Positions 29,380 to 38,831 of a stretch of 53,701 nucleotides of DNA are shown piece after piece. The notes beneath the pieces are model-generated. The model saw only the letters and a program-made list of their open reading frames with translations, ran no database searches and was not told the origin of the DNA. Each line of letters begins with the position of its first letter. Within the stretch, counting starts at the first letter, position 1. Location: assembly GCA_049472315.1 (NCBI GenBank), contig JBLIRN010000020.1:1-53701 (forward strand), written 5' to 3'. Origin of the DNA: a bacterium (GTDB taxonomy: Bacteria; SZUA-182; DTGQ01; JAFGSM01). Both the position numbers and the translations under genes were made by a program.

Positions 29380-31689
29380 TCAGAACGAGGGCCTTGTATA
29401 GGGAATGGGGCCGACGTCTGTTCCTGGGGTGGTATCCTCCCCGGTAATCCCGTTCAATGATCGGGCACTGGTTCGCAGGGTGGGTGTTTCATCGAGATCC
29501 TCTGCGGTGTCCCGGTGCATGGCCTGCCTGTCTGACATCCACCACGTGCGGTGGCCCTCCAGAAGGTTATCGGATTCGTACTGCTCATCGATGGAATCGC
29601 AGGGATCAAGCCTGAATCCCCAGGAGCGGGGACGACCGTCGGCACACGATTCGGGGATGTCGAGGGAGACAGCAAGGGTGTGGTATTCACCGGGAAGCAG
29701 TGGTAATTGGCCCTGCCCGGCGATATCCGAGGCCTGCATCAGGGAAACCGTCTCGCCCGCTTCGTCCTCCTGTCCCCCGTATATCAGAAGGGCAATGGGA
29801 TAGTCATGGATGGGGACATCACCCTCGTTCCATACATGGATTTCGAATCCTACGGAATGTGTTGTTATTTCACCGTACTGGTAGGTAAAATCGTACAGAT
29901 ACAGATTCGGGTTGGCAGTGGGAATGCGTACCGGCTGTTCCATGATCGCCGGCGGACTATGGGTCCCGCGATAGACTGAAATGACGGCGTAGAAGTAGGC
30001 AATGCCGGGAATAACCTGTGAATCCGTGAAATGCCGGCATGGAGGATTGACATATCCCGCCAGCACCCAGTCATGGGTCTCATCGGAGGCGGCACGACAG
30101 CGCCACAGTTCGTAGAAATCGACATTGCCTTCATCGATCTCCCATGACAATTCAATGGAGGAGCGTGCATGCCGCCCGGAAAATGCCCGGATCGAGGCAA
30201 CACGAAACCGTGGGGCAATCGTTGCATTGACCCGGGCCGGCTCCGAGAAGCTGCTGGTTCCATGCGCGCTGCACGCCCTGACCTTTACCTGCGGCATCCT
30301 GCCCGTATACGCAGAGTCCTTGCCCCAGGATATTGTAAAGTCTCCCGGTGCAATCCATCCCAGGGAGTCCCAGTGCCCGTCTGATGTGGCGGAAACCGCG
30401 ACGTGCAACGAGGTTGCGGTTTCATCGATATTCGATACCGCAAAGAACGAGGCCCCCTGCGCATCATTGAAAACCCAGAATATGGACGGGGGGGACATGG
30501 ATCTCCCCAGGGCGCTGCCCCGGTCCACATATCCCTGTTCATCCGTATCCAAGGAATGATGTGTCGACTCTCCGATTTCATTGGCTGCCGACACCGCATA
30601 ATAGAAGGGGATTCCGGGTTCGGGATAGTCCCTGTAGTGAGGTGTATGGCTGGATCCGATGAAGGTATGGGTGTCCGGATCACCGATCCGTGTCCGAAAG
30701 ATCCTGTAGTAGCGTGCTTCAGGTATCCTTTCCCAGGTGACATCCACATACGGTCCTGCGTCATCCGAGGCAATCACCTGGGAAGGGGCGGCGGGAACCT
30801 CCCGGATGTTCAGACCCGCCCGGTTGACGTTGGGGAGGTCCTGGATGGCCATTGCACAATCAACGATACCGGAATAGTCCGAATAGCGTATCCATGAATA
30901 GCCCTGTTCACCCCAGGAATCCCCCTTGCTGTTCACCACCTTGAGTGCGCCCTCGCCGAATCTCGAATCATCGTACCCAACGCATACGAGGATATGGTGG
31001 CTTTTGGTTCTGCATGCCATATACTCCAGGGAGTTGGTTTCGGGGGACACGGACGAGGGTGGATCGCCCCAGTGATTGATCGCCACCATGACCGGCCCCT
31101 CGGTCAGCGCCTCCCTGACCTGCGTAAGATTGCAGAGTTGTATCATCTCCCCGCACCTGAATTCCCGTGCCTGGACATGGGCCGTTTCGGGTATATGGAT
31201 GCCGGCATACGATTCCTTTTCCTCTGTGGGATCGTCCCATAACCGATAATCCTCATAGGGAAGGGTATGCCAGAGGGCGCATCCAAAACGTTTCATGATG
31301 GTATATGCAGCGATAAAGGAATAGGGTTGAGAAAATGTTCTGCACTGCATTGCAAAGAGATACATGGGGCTGAAGGCGAAGGCGTCCGTATTCCATCCCT
31401 CTTCGAAGGCCTCCTGGCAGGTCTTGAGATAGTATGCCGTCATCCATGAGGTACAGGAACCGGTCAACCCCTGGCTCCGTGCCTGGGGAACGAGGCATGA
31501 ATGATCCACAGAGGAAGGGAGGAGCCTGCTTTCGTTGTCATCGATCCTGAAGTCGCTGAGGGGATCCAATGCCTCAAAGGGTGAATATGCGGCATTTCCG
31601 GTTTCGCAAGGAAGATCCTCTCCTACCCCGCACCCGGCAAAGGCCATCAAGGAAAATGAGACAACAATGGCCACAAGGGATTCTCGCAT
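29380..31689 (-). CDS. C1 (papain-like) cysteine protease lipoprotein with FN3-like and CARDB-like domains
   Basis: Lipobox FAGC; QG..GSC..W, H....VGYDD, NSKG..WGEQGY; Y.D......YYAV FN3-like repeats; E..E.DN C-terminal motif. Confidence 0.85.
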   Translation of the reverse strand: MRESLVAIVVSFSLMAFAGCGVGEDLPCETGNAAYSPFEALDPLSDFRIDDNESRLLPSSVDHSCLVPQARSQGLTGSCTSWMTAYYLKTCQEAFEEGWNTDAFAFSPMYLFAMQCRTFSQPYSFIAAYTIMKRFGCALWHTLPYEDYRLWDDPTEEKESYAGIHIPETAHVQAREFRCGEMIQLCNLTQVREALTEGPVMVAINHWGDPPSSVSPETNSLEYMACRTKSHHILVCVGYDDSRFGEGALKVVNSKGDSWGEQGYSWIRYSDYSGIVDCAMAIQDLPNVNRAGLNIREVPAAPSQVIASDDAGPYVDVTWERIPEARYYRIFRTRIGDPDTHTFIGSSHTPHYRDYPEPGIPFYYAVSAANEIGESTHHSLDTDEQGYVDRGSALGRSMSPPSIFWVFNDAQGASFFAVSNIDETATSLHVAVSATSDGHWDSLGWIAPGDFTISWGKDSAYTGRMPQVKVRACSAHGTSSFSEPARVNATIAPRFRVASIRAFSGRHARSSIELSWEIDEGNVDFYELWRCRAASDETHDWVLAGYVNPPCRHFTDSQVIPGIAYFYAVISVYRGTHSPPAIMEQPVRIPTANPNLYLYDFTYQYGEITTHSVGFEIHVWNEGDVPIHDYPIALLIYGGQEDEAGETVSLMQASDIAGQGQLPLLPGEYHTLAVSLDIPESCADGRPRSWGFRLDPCDSIDEQYESDNLLEGHRTWWMSDRQAMHRDTAEDLDETPTLRTSARSLNGITGEDTTPGTDVGPIPYTRPSF

Positions 31690-31789
31690 GCTACCCCCAC
31701 CTGCTTAACCTTACACGATCCTGGTCAAAGAGCGCGGCCTTTCGGCTCATGTCACCATGATCCACATTTGACCGTTCTGTATGGTTAAG

Positions 31790-31805
31790 AGCAAATAGCG
31801 TTCCT
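31790..31805 (-). promoter_or_regulatory. sigma-54-like -24/-12 promoter
   Basis: AGGAAC-GCTAT-TTGCT with correct spacing; AT-rich region and an ATGACA/TGTCAT inverted repeat upstream. Confidence 0.5.
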
Positions 31806-32429
31806 ATGAAGGGAGAGAAAAACGGGTGAGAAATTTCATTAAAAAATTTATTAATACTAACAAAATAAAATTTAATGACATTTCATCCGGGCGGGTGTCA
31901 TAAAATACATAGGCCCCCGATAAAAACTATGCAATCTCTTTGGAGTGCCTGTGACATTAAACAAGGTCGTTTATCAGGCGGAGCATCATACCTATGATGA
32001 AATAGCCTCTATATTTAATCAACGCGGATTTGTAACCGGAGCGAGGAATGCATATACTGATGGACGCATGAGGCCCATCCAACGCTATTATGGTTCGAAG
32101 TCAAGGAACACCGTTTAAGAGGAGACCAAGGGCCTTTGACGCTTGATCAGATCAGCCGGACGCCTGCAATTGCCATAAGTATGGTGAGAAATCTCAGGAG
32201 TGCAGGGCGTCTGCCTGTGGGGTACAGAAAATTAAGTGATGCCGGGGATTGTCTGTATGAGCCTCCAGCTTTTGAAATACAAGAAAAAATAGATTTGACG
32301 CCGAGGATATCGGGAGGTGCATTATGAATAGCAGCAATCCAATGCCGGGAGATATTCACGACGGCAGTGGTCACAGTGCACCCTGGCGAATCCATAGGTG
32401 AGGTCGCCACACTCAAGGTATTTTTCTAT

Positions 32430-33176
32430 ATGGCAAATTTTATTCCCTGGAAGGATTATTTCTTTTATTGCCTTGATAAATTAGTTGAAGACTTCAATCT
32501 TGCTTCACCATTCCTTGATGTCGGTTGCGGATCAGGAGAATTGTCAAGCTATTTAGCGTCAAAAGGATGGTATGGAAAAGCGATAGATATTTCAGATATC
32601 GCTATTACAAACGCTAAACGTAACTTGTTGCCTTTTCAGCAAATAGTAATTGAAAAAAAGAATTTATTCGAAGAAGATGGTGTCTATAACACTATCTTTG
32701 TTTGGGATGTCATTGAGCATATTCACAATGATGAAATTTTTTTGGCAAAAATCGTTTCCCTGCTGCCTCCTCATGGGTACGTATCCTTCTCCGTTCCGAA
32801 TAATTTAAATGAGTGGCGATGGGATGATGATTATTACGGGCATATAAGAAGGTATACTACTGATGAACTGCAACAAAAATTATTTGATGCAGGTTTAAAG
32901 CCGTTGATTTTATGGGATGTTTCTTACCCTTTTTTCTGGGTCATGCGCAGATTATATACACGACTGAAGTCGCCTCCAGAATATATTGATAGCGAAAAAA
33001 GCATACGAACAGAGAACAGCACTGCAACAAACGCGTGGGATATACCTGTTATTTCTAATCTTTTAAATAGACGGCACTCCCTGTGGCGAATACTGTATTA
33101 TATTCAATTTAGGTACTTCAGGAAAAAGACTGAAAGCGGAAATGAACTGTTTGTCCTTGCTGAAAAGATCGAATAA
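32430..33176 (+). CDS. Class I SAM-dependent methyltransferase
   Basis: LDVGCGSG, AIDIS, DVIEHI, SVP...W.WDD.YYGH.RRY; visibly AT-rich; start ATG 32430. Confidence 0.9.
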   Translation: MANFIPWKDYFFYCLDKLVEDFNLASPFLDVGCGSGELSSYLASKGWYGKAIDISDIAITNAKRNLLPFQQIVIEKKNLFEEDGVYNTIFVWDVIEHIHNDEIFLAKIVSLLPPHGYVSFSVPNNLNEWRWDDDYYGHIRRYTTDELQQKLFDAGLKPLILWDVSYPFFWVMRRLYTRLKSPPEYIDSEKSIRTENSTATNAWDIPVISNLLNRRHSLWRILYYIQFRYFRKKTESGNELFVLAEKIE

Positions 33177-33206
33177 CTACAAGAATTTTGTTTATGCAGG
33201 AGAGCA

Positions 33207-33278
33207 CACAATGATGTGGATATCGATCCTGTCCAGGAGGGAACCCCATATCCGGTCCAGATACTCCCGGATCTGCAA
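33207..33278 (-). pseudogene. comM: Fragment of a ComM/YifB Mg-chelatase-like ATPase gene
   Basis: Translates LQIREYLDRIWGSLLDRIDIHIIV, resembling the conserved QI.RY..RISGPLLDRIDIH segment; in-frame stops on both sides. Confidence 0.65.
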
Positions 33279-33483
33279 GAACCCTATAGGTATCTTTACC
33301 GTATGGTTTCTATGATAAAGGGAAGCGGAGCACTATGCAGCCCGTTCCGGTCACAAAAGGGTCTGCGATTTCGCAACCAACCTTGTCAGACGAAGCGGAT
33401 CCGCTATGCCTCCCTTCCCGAACAATATTGGGTGATACGCAATTAGTTTACTGCGGAATGCCCGGGATGATGCTATTGAAGGA

Positions 33484-34551
33484 TTATTGATAATACGGTC
33501 TTGGGATGAAGGATTCGGTGACCGGCGCTTCATTGAGCCCCAGGTAGGCATATGCCGGATCGTTCGCATAATTTCTTTCAAAGGGATAGGTCGGTATCTG
33601 GTCATAGAACTGGAGAAGGTTTTGGCCGATCGAATAGGGTGTCCCGGTCTGGGCATCCAGGTACAGCGGGATGGATCTCAGGAGATTGGCGGCGAGGCCC
33701 GGATTGATGGGGGTTGAATAGAGTTGCGAGGGAAGCCGTAACGAGGGCACACCGAATGGATAGGCAAAGGGGAGGGCACCTGACGAAGCGGGGGTAAAAA
33801 GGGTAACGGGGAGTAACGGGCCCGGCATGAATTGAGGGCCGATGAATGATGACACGGGTATCTTGGGGAACTGCTGCTGGGTGCTCCGTGAGGGATCCAG
33901 GCATACGTATCCTTCATCACCGTCGCCATCATGGTATTCACAGGTTACCGGTGTGATGCTCACCCATCCATAATCAGCGATTGCCTCCCGCTCTTCGGTG
34001 AAACTTGCAAGGTATGAGGTCTCCACCCTCTCGCCATCCTCCTCGAAGAAGGCAATGGCCGGCCCCATACAAAAATCCTCCCCATGAATCTCCACCCGGG
34101 CAATAAAGCCGAACTGCACTCCCATCCCTTCGAGCACATCGTCCATGTCGTTCAACAGCCATTCATGCCATGCCCCGTCAATCTTTTCGCTTCCCACCGG
34201 AACGAGGATGCGATTTCCCTGGGTAACGGATGGATTGTCCGTGTTCTCGGGAATCATCTCGATTCGGAACAACTGCCCGCCTTGGCTTGATATATCCAGG
34301 ATAATGCTCATGAGTGAAGAGGTCTTCATAAGGAAGGAGACATGTTCCTGGTTGTTTTGCCCTGCAGGGAATTCCCTGATGAGGGTAATCGTCGATACTG
34401 TTTGCGTCGTCTGAGGTGCGAATAACGGATTATAGAATCCGGGCGTGAAAAAGGGTTGCTGAAATTGTGACCATGCAGAAAAGGGGAGGAACAGGACGGA
34501 TAGTGTGAGAATGATAAGAACACGGTACCCATACCGCGACACAAAACGCAT
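33484..34551 (-). CDS. Exported hypothetical protein with Pro/Phe-rich low-complexity regions; paralog of the upstream gene
   Basis: Signal peptide (AWS); central ~170-aa domain resembling 34638..35720; RBS GGAGG before ATG 34551. Confidence 0.8.
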   Translation of the reverse strand: MRFVSRYGYRVLIILTLSVLFLPFSAWSQFQQPFFTPGFYNPLFAPQTTQTVSTITLIREFPAGQNNQEHVSFLMKTSSLMSIILDISSQGGQLFRIEMIPENTDNPSVTQGNRILVPVGSEKIDGAWHEWLLNDMDDVLEGMGVQFGFIARVEIHGEDFCMGPAIAFFEEDGERVETSYLASFTEEREAIADYGWVSITPVTCEYHDGDGDEGYVCLDPSRSTQQQFPKIPVSSFIGPQFMPGPLLPVTLFTPASSGALPFAYPFGVPSLRLPSQLYSTPINPGLAANLLRSIPLYLDAQTGTPYSIGQNLLQFYDQIPTYPFERNYANDPAYAYLGLNEAPVTESFIPRPYYQ

Positions 34552-34637
34552 CAATCTTCCCCCCTCCAGCAATGTATGTCACCCTGTATCTATGCAAGAA
34601 TCATTCTCTTTTCAGGATGATAGGGGTGTTGGGGGGA

Positions 34638-35720
34638 TCAGATAAAGGGCCAGCCAAGTCCTCCGATACCGAGCCCTAAGAGGCCTCCCATGCCGATGGG
34701 GCCCCCATAGTAACTTGCAAGCCCACCGTAGAGGCCGCCGCCATAGAGGCCCATACCATAAAGGCCGCCGTAATATCCTCCGCCGTAGAGTCCAAGCCCG
34801 CCGTAATACCCTCCGCCATAGCCGCCGTAGTACCCGCTGCCGTAGTATCCTCCGCCATAGCCGCCGCCGTAGTATCCTCCGCCATAGCCGCCGCCGTAGT
34901 ACCCTCCGCCATAGTACCCACTGCCATAGCCGCCGCCATAGTACCCACTGCCATAGCCGCTGCCATAGTACCCTCCACCGTAGTACCCGGTTCCATAGTA
35001 GCCGCTGTAATAGGGATATCCGTAATAGTAGTAGTAGGGTTGATTTGCATCCTCTTCAGTGTCATCGTCCGAATCGTCATCGGTGGACGGAGGCGTATAT
35101 TCCGCCTTGAGGTGGCCGCGCATATCGGAATCGAAGGCGATGCTGAAATAGGTAATCGTTCCTGACATCCATCCCCGGGTGGTAAGGTTTTGCCCGGGAA
35201 GGCTGAAATCGTCTATGATGATGTTGCTTCTGCTGCCATCGGAAAGCTCCCGGAAGGCGATGATATAGGCGAGATCGTAGCGGTTCCCCACCAGCTCGAT
35301 CTCCTGGATTGATCGCAATTCCGGGAGGACGAGACCCTCTTCAAGGGTAACCCCGACATCGAGTGTGATAAGATTCCATTGCTTTTCAGTAAATGTGGCG
35401 TTGAGCCCTGCGTGGATCGGGCCTCCCTCGTAATCCTGGTATGGCTGAGCATTTGTCGGGGTATAGTAAATCCAGAGGTACTCCCCATTATCCATATACA
35501 TCTTCAGTGCGAGACGAAAGTTTTTGTCGTACGGCCTGATCTTCATCATGATGTGGTCGTAGACCTCATTGGGGTCCGGGCCGAGGGGAAAGTCGGTTGC
35601 CTTTCTGATGGAGATCTGGGTATCGGATGCCCCCAGTATCCCCTTGATCAGGCAAAGACATACGGTAAGGATAACAAGTACACTCAGGATGGAGCAGATG
35701 ATTTTTCCGAATCTTCTCAT
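34638..35720 (-). CDS. Exported protein with a globular N-domain and Gly/Tyr-rich C-terminal repeats
   Basis: Hydrophobic N-terminus; acidic linker; YYGGGYG(S/G)G repeats; RBS AGGAG. Confidence 0.85.
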   Translation of the reverse strand: MRRFGKIICSILSVLVILTVCLCLIKGILGASDTQISIRKATDFPLGPDPNEVYDHIMMKIRPYDKNFRLALKMYMDNGEYLWIYYTPTNAQPYQDYEGGPIHAGLNATFTEKQWNLITLDVGVTLEEGLVLPELRSIQEIELVGNRYDLAYIIAFRELSDGSRSNIIIDDFSLPGQNLTTRGWMSGTITYFSIAFDSDMRGHLKAEYTPPSTDDDSDDDTEEDANQPYYYYYGYPYYSGYYGTGYYGGGYYGSGYGSGYYGGGYGSGYYGGGYYGGGYGGGYYGGGYGGGYYGSGYYGGYGGGYYGGLGLYGGGYYGGLYGMGLYGGGLYGGLASYYGGPIGMGGLLGLGIGGLGWPFI

Positions 35721-36008
35721 ATGTTCACTCCCTAACCAAACAAACTGCAGGCACGTGGTTTTCTATTCGCCCAGGTTATTCACACACGGAATCTGTTCTC
35801 TACACCAACGGCTCCGTACACGTCGATTCATGAGGCATCGCATTAACACATTCAGGGCAATCAACCTGCTCCACGATTGCGGGAGATCACCCCGCTAATT
35901 AAATTATCTTATTGTATTTATATAGTTAATATACCATATGGAGCCGAAAAAGACAATTGCTGGGTACGTATGATTGGTACACCATACCCGGATATCTTCT
36001 TTATTTTA

Positions 36009-36024
36009 AGCAAGATATATACCG
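36009..36024 (-). promoter_or_regulatory. sigma-54-like -24/-12 promoter
   Basis: CGGTAT-ATATC-TTGCT; shares 15 identical bp (GGTATATATCTTGCT) with the 27419 site. Confidence 0.6.
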
Positions 36025-36255
36025 CGGGTCAGGTTTTCACGCCCTGAGGAAGATGGCTGTGCCTACAGGTAAAAGGAATGAGCGGGAATCGTGTCTCCGC
36101 TTAACAGGCAAGCGATCTGTGAACCGAGTTGCAGAGATATGCAGGGGGTTTCAGTAATCCGTTCCCTGTGTCCGATTCCCGGGTGCTGGTGAGGCCACAA
36201 ATGGTGATTATTATTTACCAGAACATGGGTGCTGGGATCAAAAACAACACAGGTG

Positions 36256-37260
36256 TTACGTGCTCTCCTCGGAGGGCGTTGGTACTGATTCCTTATTAGG
36301 AGGTGGTGCTTCCTCCTTGAGCTCCTGCCATTTCTTGTTGATCTTGTTTACGGAGAAGGCGCCTACGGTGTAGATGACATCACGGTCTGCGGGCTTGATG
36401 AAGTATTCCTGCGTCTTTTCCGTCTTTTCATTCTTTGAGCCGATGAGGAGGGCCCTTGTGGTCTCATCGGCCATGCCCACGGTAATGGTCACGGAGGGGG
36501 GATCCAGGTCGAATTCCTTCAGGGATTGATCGGGCTTCAAACGCTGGACCTTGGTTGCCCGAAGATTAAACAGGGTCTGGGTCATGTCCTTGATCATGTC
36601 CTCCTTTACCTCTGCCTCTTCCGGCGTTTCAAGCCGCCATTTCCCCTCGTCACGCACCTGTACGATACTGTATGAGCCATCCGGCCTGCTGAATTCAATG
36701 CGGTCCACATCGGGCTCCTGCACGAGGAGGACGAATCTGTCCAGCCAGGTCTCGGCAGGCTTGTCAAACCTGGATTTGAGATGGAATCCGCTGTACAGGA
36801 CGACCTCGTCGCTTCCGGCCTTGCGCACATAGGTGCTCATGAAATCAGGTCCGTTTTTCCCGATATAGAAGTGGGCGAGCGTTGTCTCCCCTTCTCCCTG
36901 GACCAGCACCTCGAACCCGCTGTTCGGATCAACCTCGAAGATCTCCTGCTTGGAGGGATTCTTGGATACCACGTTGTCCCGGTCGATCTCGGCAATGGTC
37001 TGGAGGGCCTGCTTTACCTGATCGTTGTCCGCGGGAAGGTTGTCCTCCTCGACCGCAATCCATCGCCCATCCACCTTGGACAGGGTGAGCGTGCCGCGTT
37101 CACCGTCAATGCGAATGGCGACGGCCTTTTCCGCATCGAACCCGGGAAACAGGGCGGCCTCTTCCACCTTTTTGGCGGGTCTGTTCAGGAAATAGGCGAT
37201 GCCGACCAGTATACACAGGAATATGATGAGAATGACGGTTTTTTTATAGTTCATTGGCAA
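36256..37260 (-). CDS. DUF4340-type protein of a Gld-like ABC operon
   Basis: N-terminal TM; duplicated W......AD...V / IG......Y module; directly follows the GldG-like gene. Confidence 0.8.
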   Translation of the reverse strand: MPMNYKKTVILIIFLCILVGIAYFLNRPAKKVEEAALFPGFDAEKAVAIRIDGERGTLTLSKVDGRWIAVEEDNLPADNDQVKQALQTIAEIDRDNVVSKNPSKQEIFEVDPNSGFEVLVQGEGETTLAHFYIGKNGPDFMSTYVRKAGSDEVVLYSGFHLKSRFDKPAETWLDRFVLLVQEPDVDRIEFSRPDGSYSIVQVRDEGKWRLETPEEAEVKEDMIKDMTQTLFNLRATKVQRLKPDQSLKEFDLDPPSVTITVGMADETTRALLIGSKNEKTEKTQEYFIKPADRDVIYTVGAFSVNKINKKWQELKEEAPPPNKESVPTPSEEST

Positions 37261-38827
37261 CGAACCTCGTCTTTCGTTTGAGAAAGAGCTTCACCAATCC
37301 GAATATAATGATCAGGATCGATACACCCAGGATGTTGATATAGCGAATGAATGCCTTTTTGCTTTCGGACAGTTCGGGCAACGGCCGTTCTGTCTTCTCC
37401 CTGGTTCGAATGCCGATGAGTGCATCCCCCATGGTCAGCCAGTCAACGATGTTGAGAAAAAAGGCGCCATTCTCAGGGAAGCGACCCAGAAAATCGTCCT
37501 GGACGAAGCGGGAATTCCCCACCACCACAAGGTTGGTCTCCTGCGCGGAAACATTCAGCGTATCCGCCTCATTGACGGGCGCCTGGCGATTTTTGTAAAA
37601 GCTCTCAAAGAATCCGGAGATCATGGCAGCCAAAGGGATCCGCTCGAAGGTGATGGATTGAAAGTCGAAGCGCTGCTGGGGATTCAGATCGAATTTTCCC
37701 TTCTGTGTCCATCCATGGGGGGTGGTCTGGGCGAGTATGGTCCTTTGAAGGCCCTTATCCTGGATAACCTGTTCCTGGGGCCTCACCGAGCTGGTCCACG
37801 GCATGGTAACGCTTTCCAGCTTGCTCACCATCGGGTGGGACTGGTCGAAACCGTCCTTGACTACCTTGGGCCAGAAGGGATACGGGAGCTGAAAATGGAA
37901 GAAACCACCGCTGAACGCCGCCATGGAATTGGACCGGTCCAGCACCAGATCCGGCTCCACCTTTACTCCGTAATGTACGAGCATCTCGTTGATATTGGTG
38001 GTGACCTTTTCCGCTTCAAGCTGCCTTCCCGTCTGCAGCCTGACCATGTCCACAAGATACACCTCTTTTCCCCCGTGCATGAGAAATTGATCCAGGAGAT
38101 AGCGCTCCTTCTCGTCAACCTCCTCCGGCGCCACCAGCACCAGGGTGTCAATGCCCTCCAGCACCGATTGACCGGGGCTCAGGTTGATATTTCGCACGTC
38201 GTATTGTTTCTGGAGGGCCATCTGGATCTGCATGTAGGGATCCTGCTGGCGACGGTCGGGGTCCTGCTTCCACGACACGAAACCGACCACCTGGGGCTCC
38301 TTTTTCGTCACCTTGAGGATGGCAGAGGTGAGATCATATTCGAGGTTTGTTACGTTCTGAATAACGGGGATTACCTCCTTGCGGTCCTCGAACATGATGC
38401 TCATGCCCAGATAGAGATTGGTCACCTCCGCCTTGTCCCTCTGAAAGATGTTGACCTGTACCTTGGGAATGCCGATGAACTGCATCCTTTGGCTCAGGTC
38501 CGGGTCATCCTCCGGGTCGATGAATTCAATGGAAAGATTGGCCCCGGCATAGGCGGCGTATTCATCCAATATGTCCTTGACATCCCGCCGCATTTCCACC
38601 AACTGGGGAGGAAGTTCCTTGCTGAAATAGGCCTGAATACTCACCACGTCGTCCAGATCCTTGAGGAGGTTCTTGGTCGCCTTTGAGAGGCTGTAGACAC
38701 GGTTCTCGGTGAGGTCCGGCCGGAAGGAGACGGCCTGAAAGATATAGTTTACGGCCACAAGAATGGCCAGTACCACCAGGGTATAGAGCACCACATGGGT
38801 GCCGTATCCGATTTTTTTCATGCTCAC
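37244..38827 (-). CDS. GldG-like ABC transporter auxiliary component
   Basis: DLTENRVYSLS..TK..L..L.D.V.I.AYFS..LP; EYDLTSAI; N..FF.N.VDWL; N- and C-terminal TMs. Confidence 0.88.
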   Translation of the reverse strand: MSMKKIGYGTHVVLYTLVVLAILVAVNYIFQAVSFRPDLTENRVYSLSKATKNLLKDLDDVVSIQAYFSKELPPQLVEMRRDVKDILDEYAAYAGANLSIEFIDPEDDPDLSQRMQFIGIPKVQVNIFQRDKAEVTNLYLGMSIMFEDRKEVIPVIQNVTNLEYDLTSAILKVTKKEPQVVGFVSWKQDPDRRQQDPYMQIQMALQKQYDVRNINLSPGQSVLEGIDTLVLVAPEEVDEKERYLLDQFLMHGGKEVYLVDMVRLQTGRQLEAEKVTTNINEMLVHYGVKVEPDLVLDRSNSMAAFSGGFFHFQLPYPFWPKVVKDGFDQSHPMVSKLESVTMPWTSSVRPQEQVIQDKGLQRTILAQTTPHGWTQKGKFDLNPQQRFDFQSITFERIPLAAMISGFFESFYKNRQAPVNEADTLNVSAQETNLVVVGNSRFVQDDFLGRFPENGAFFLNIVDWLTMGDALIGIRTREKTERPLPELSESKKAFIRYINILGVSILIIIFGLVKLFLKRKTRFVANEL

Positions 38828-38831
38828 GGTC

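Noticed and set aside
32090..32105. tRNA T-loop-like GGTTCGAA
   Set aside because: No cloverleaf, acceptor stem or CCA context.
32232..32267. IS110-like remnant (WRLIQTIPGIT, minus strand)
   Set aside because: Only 11 codons; could be chance.
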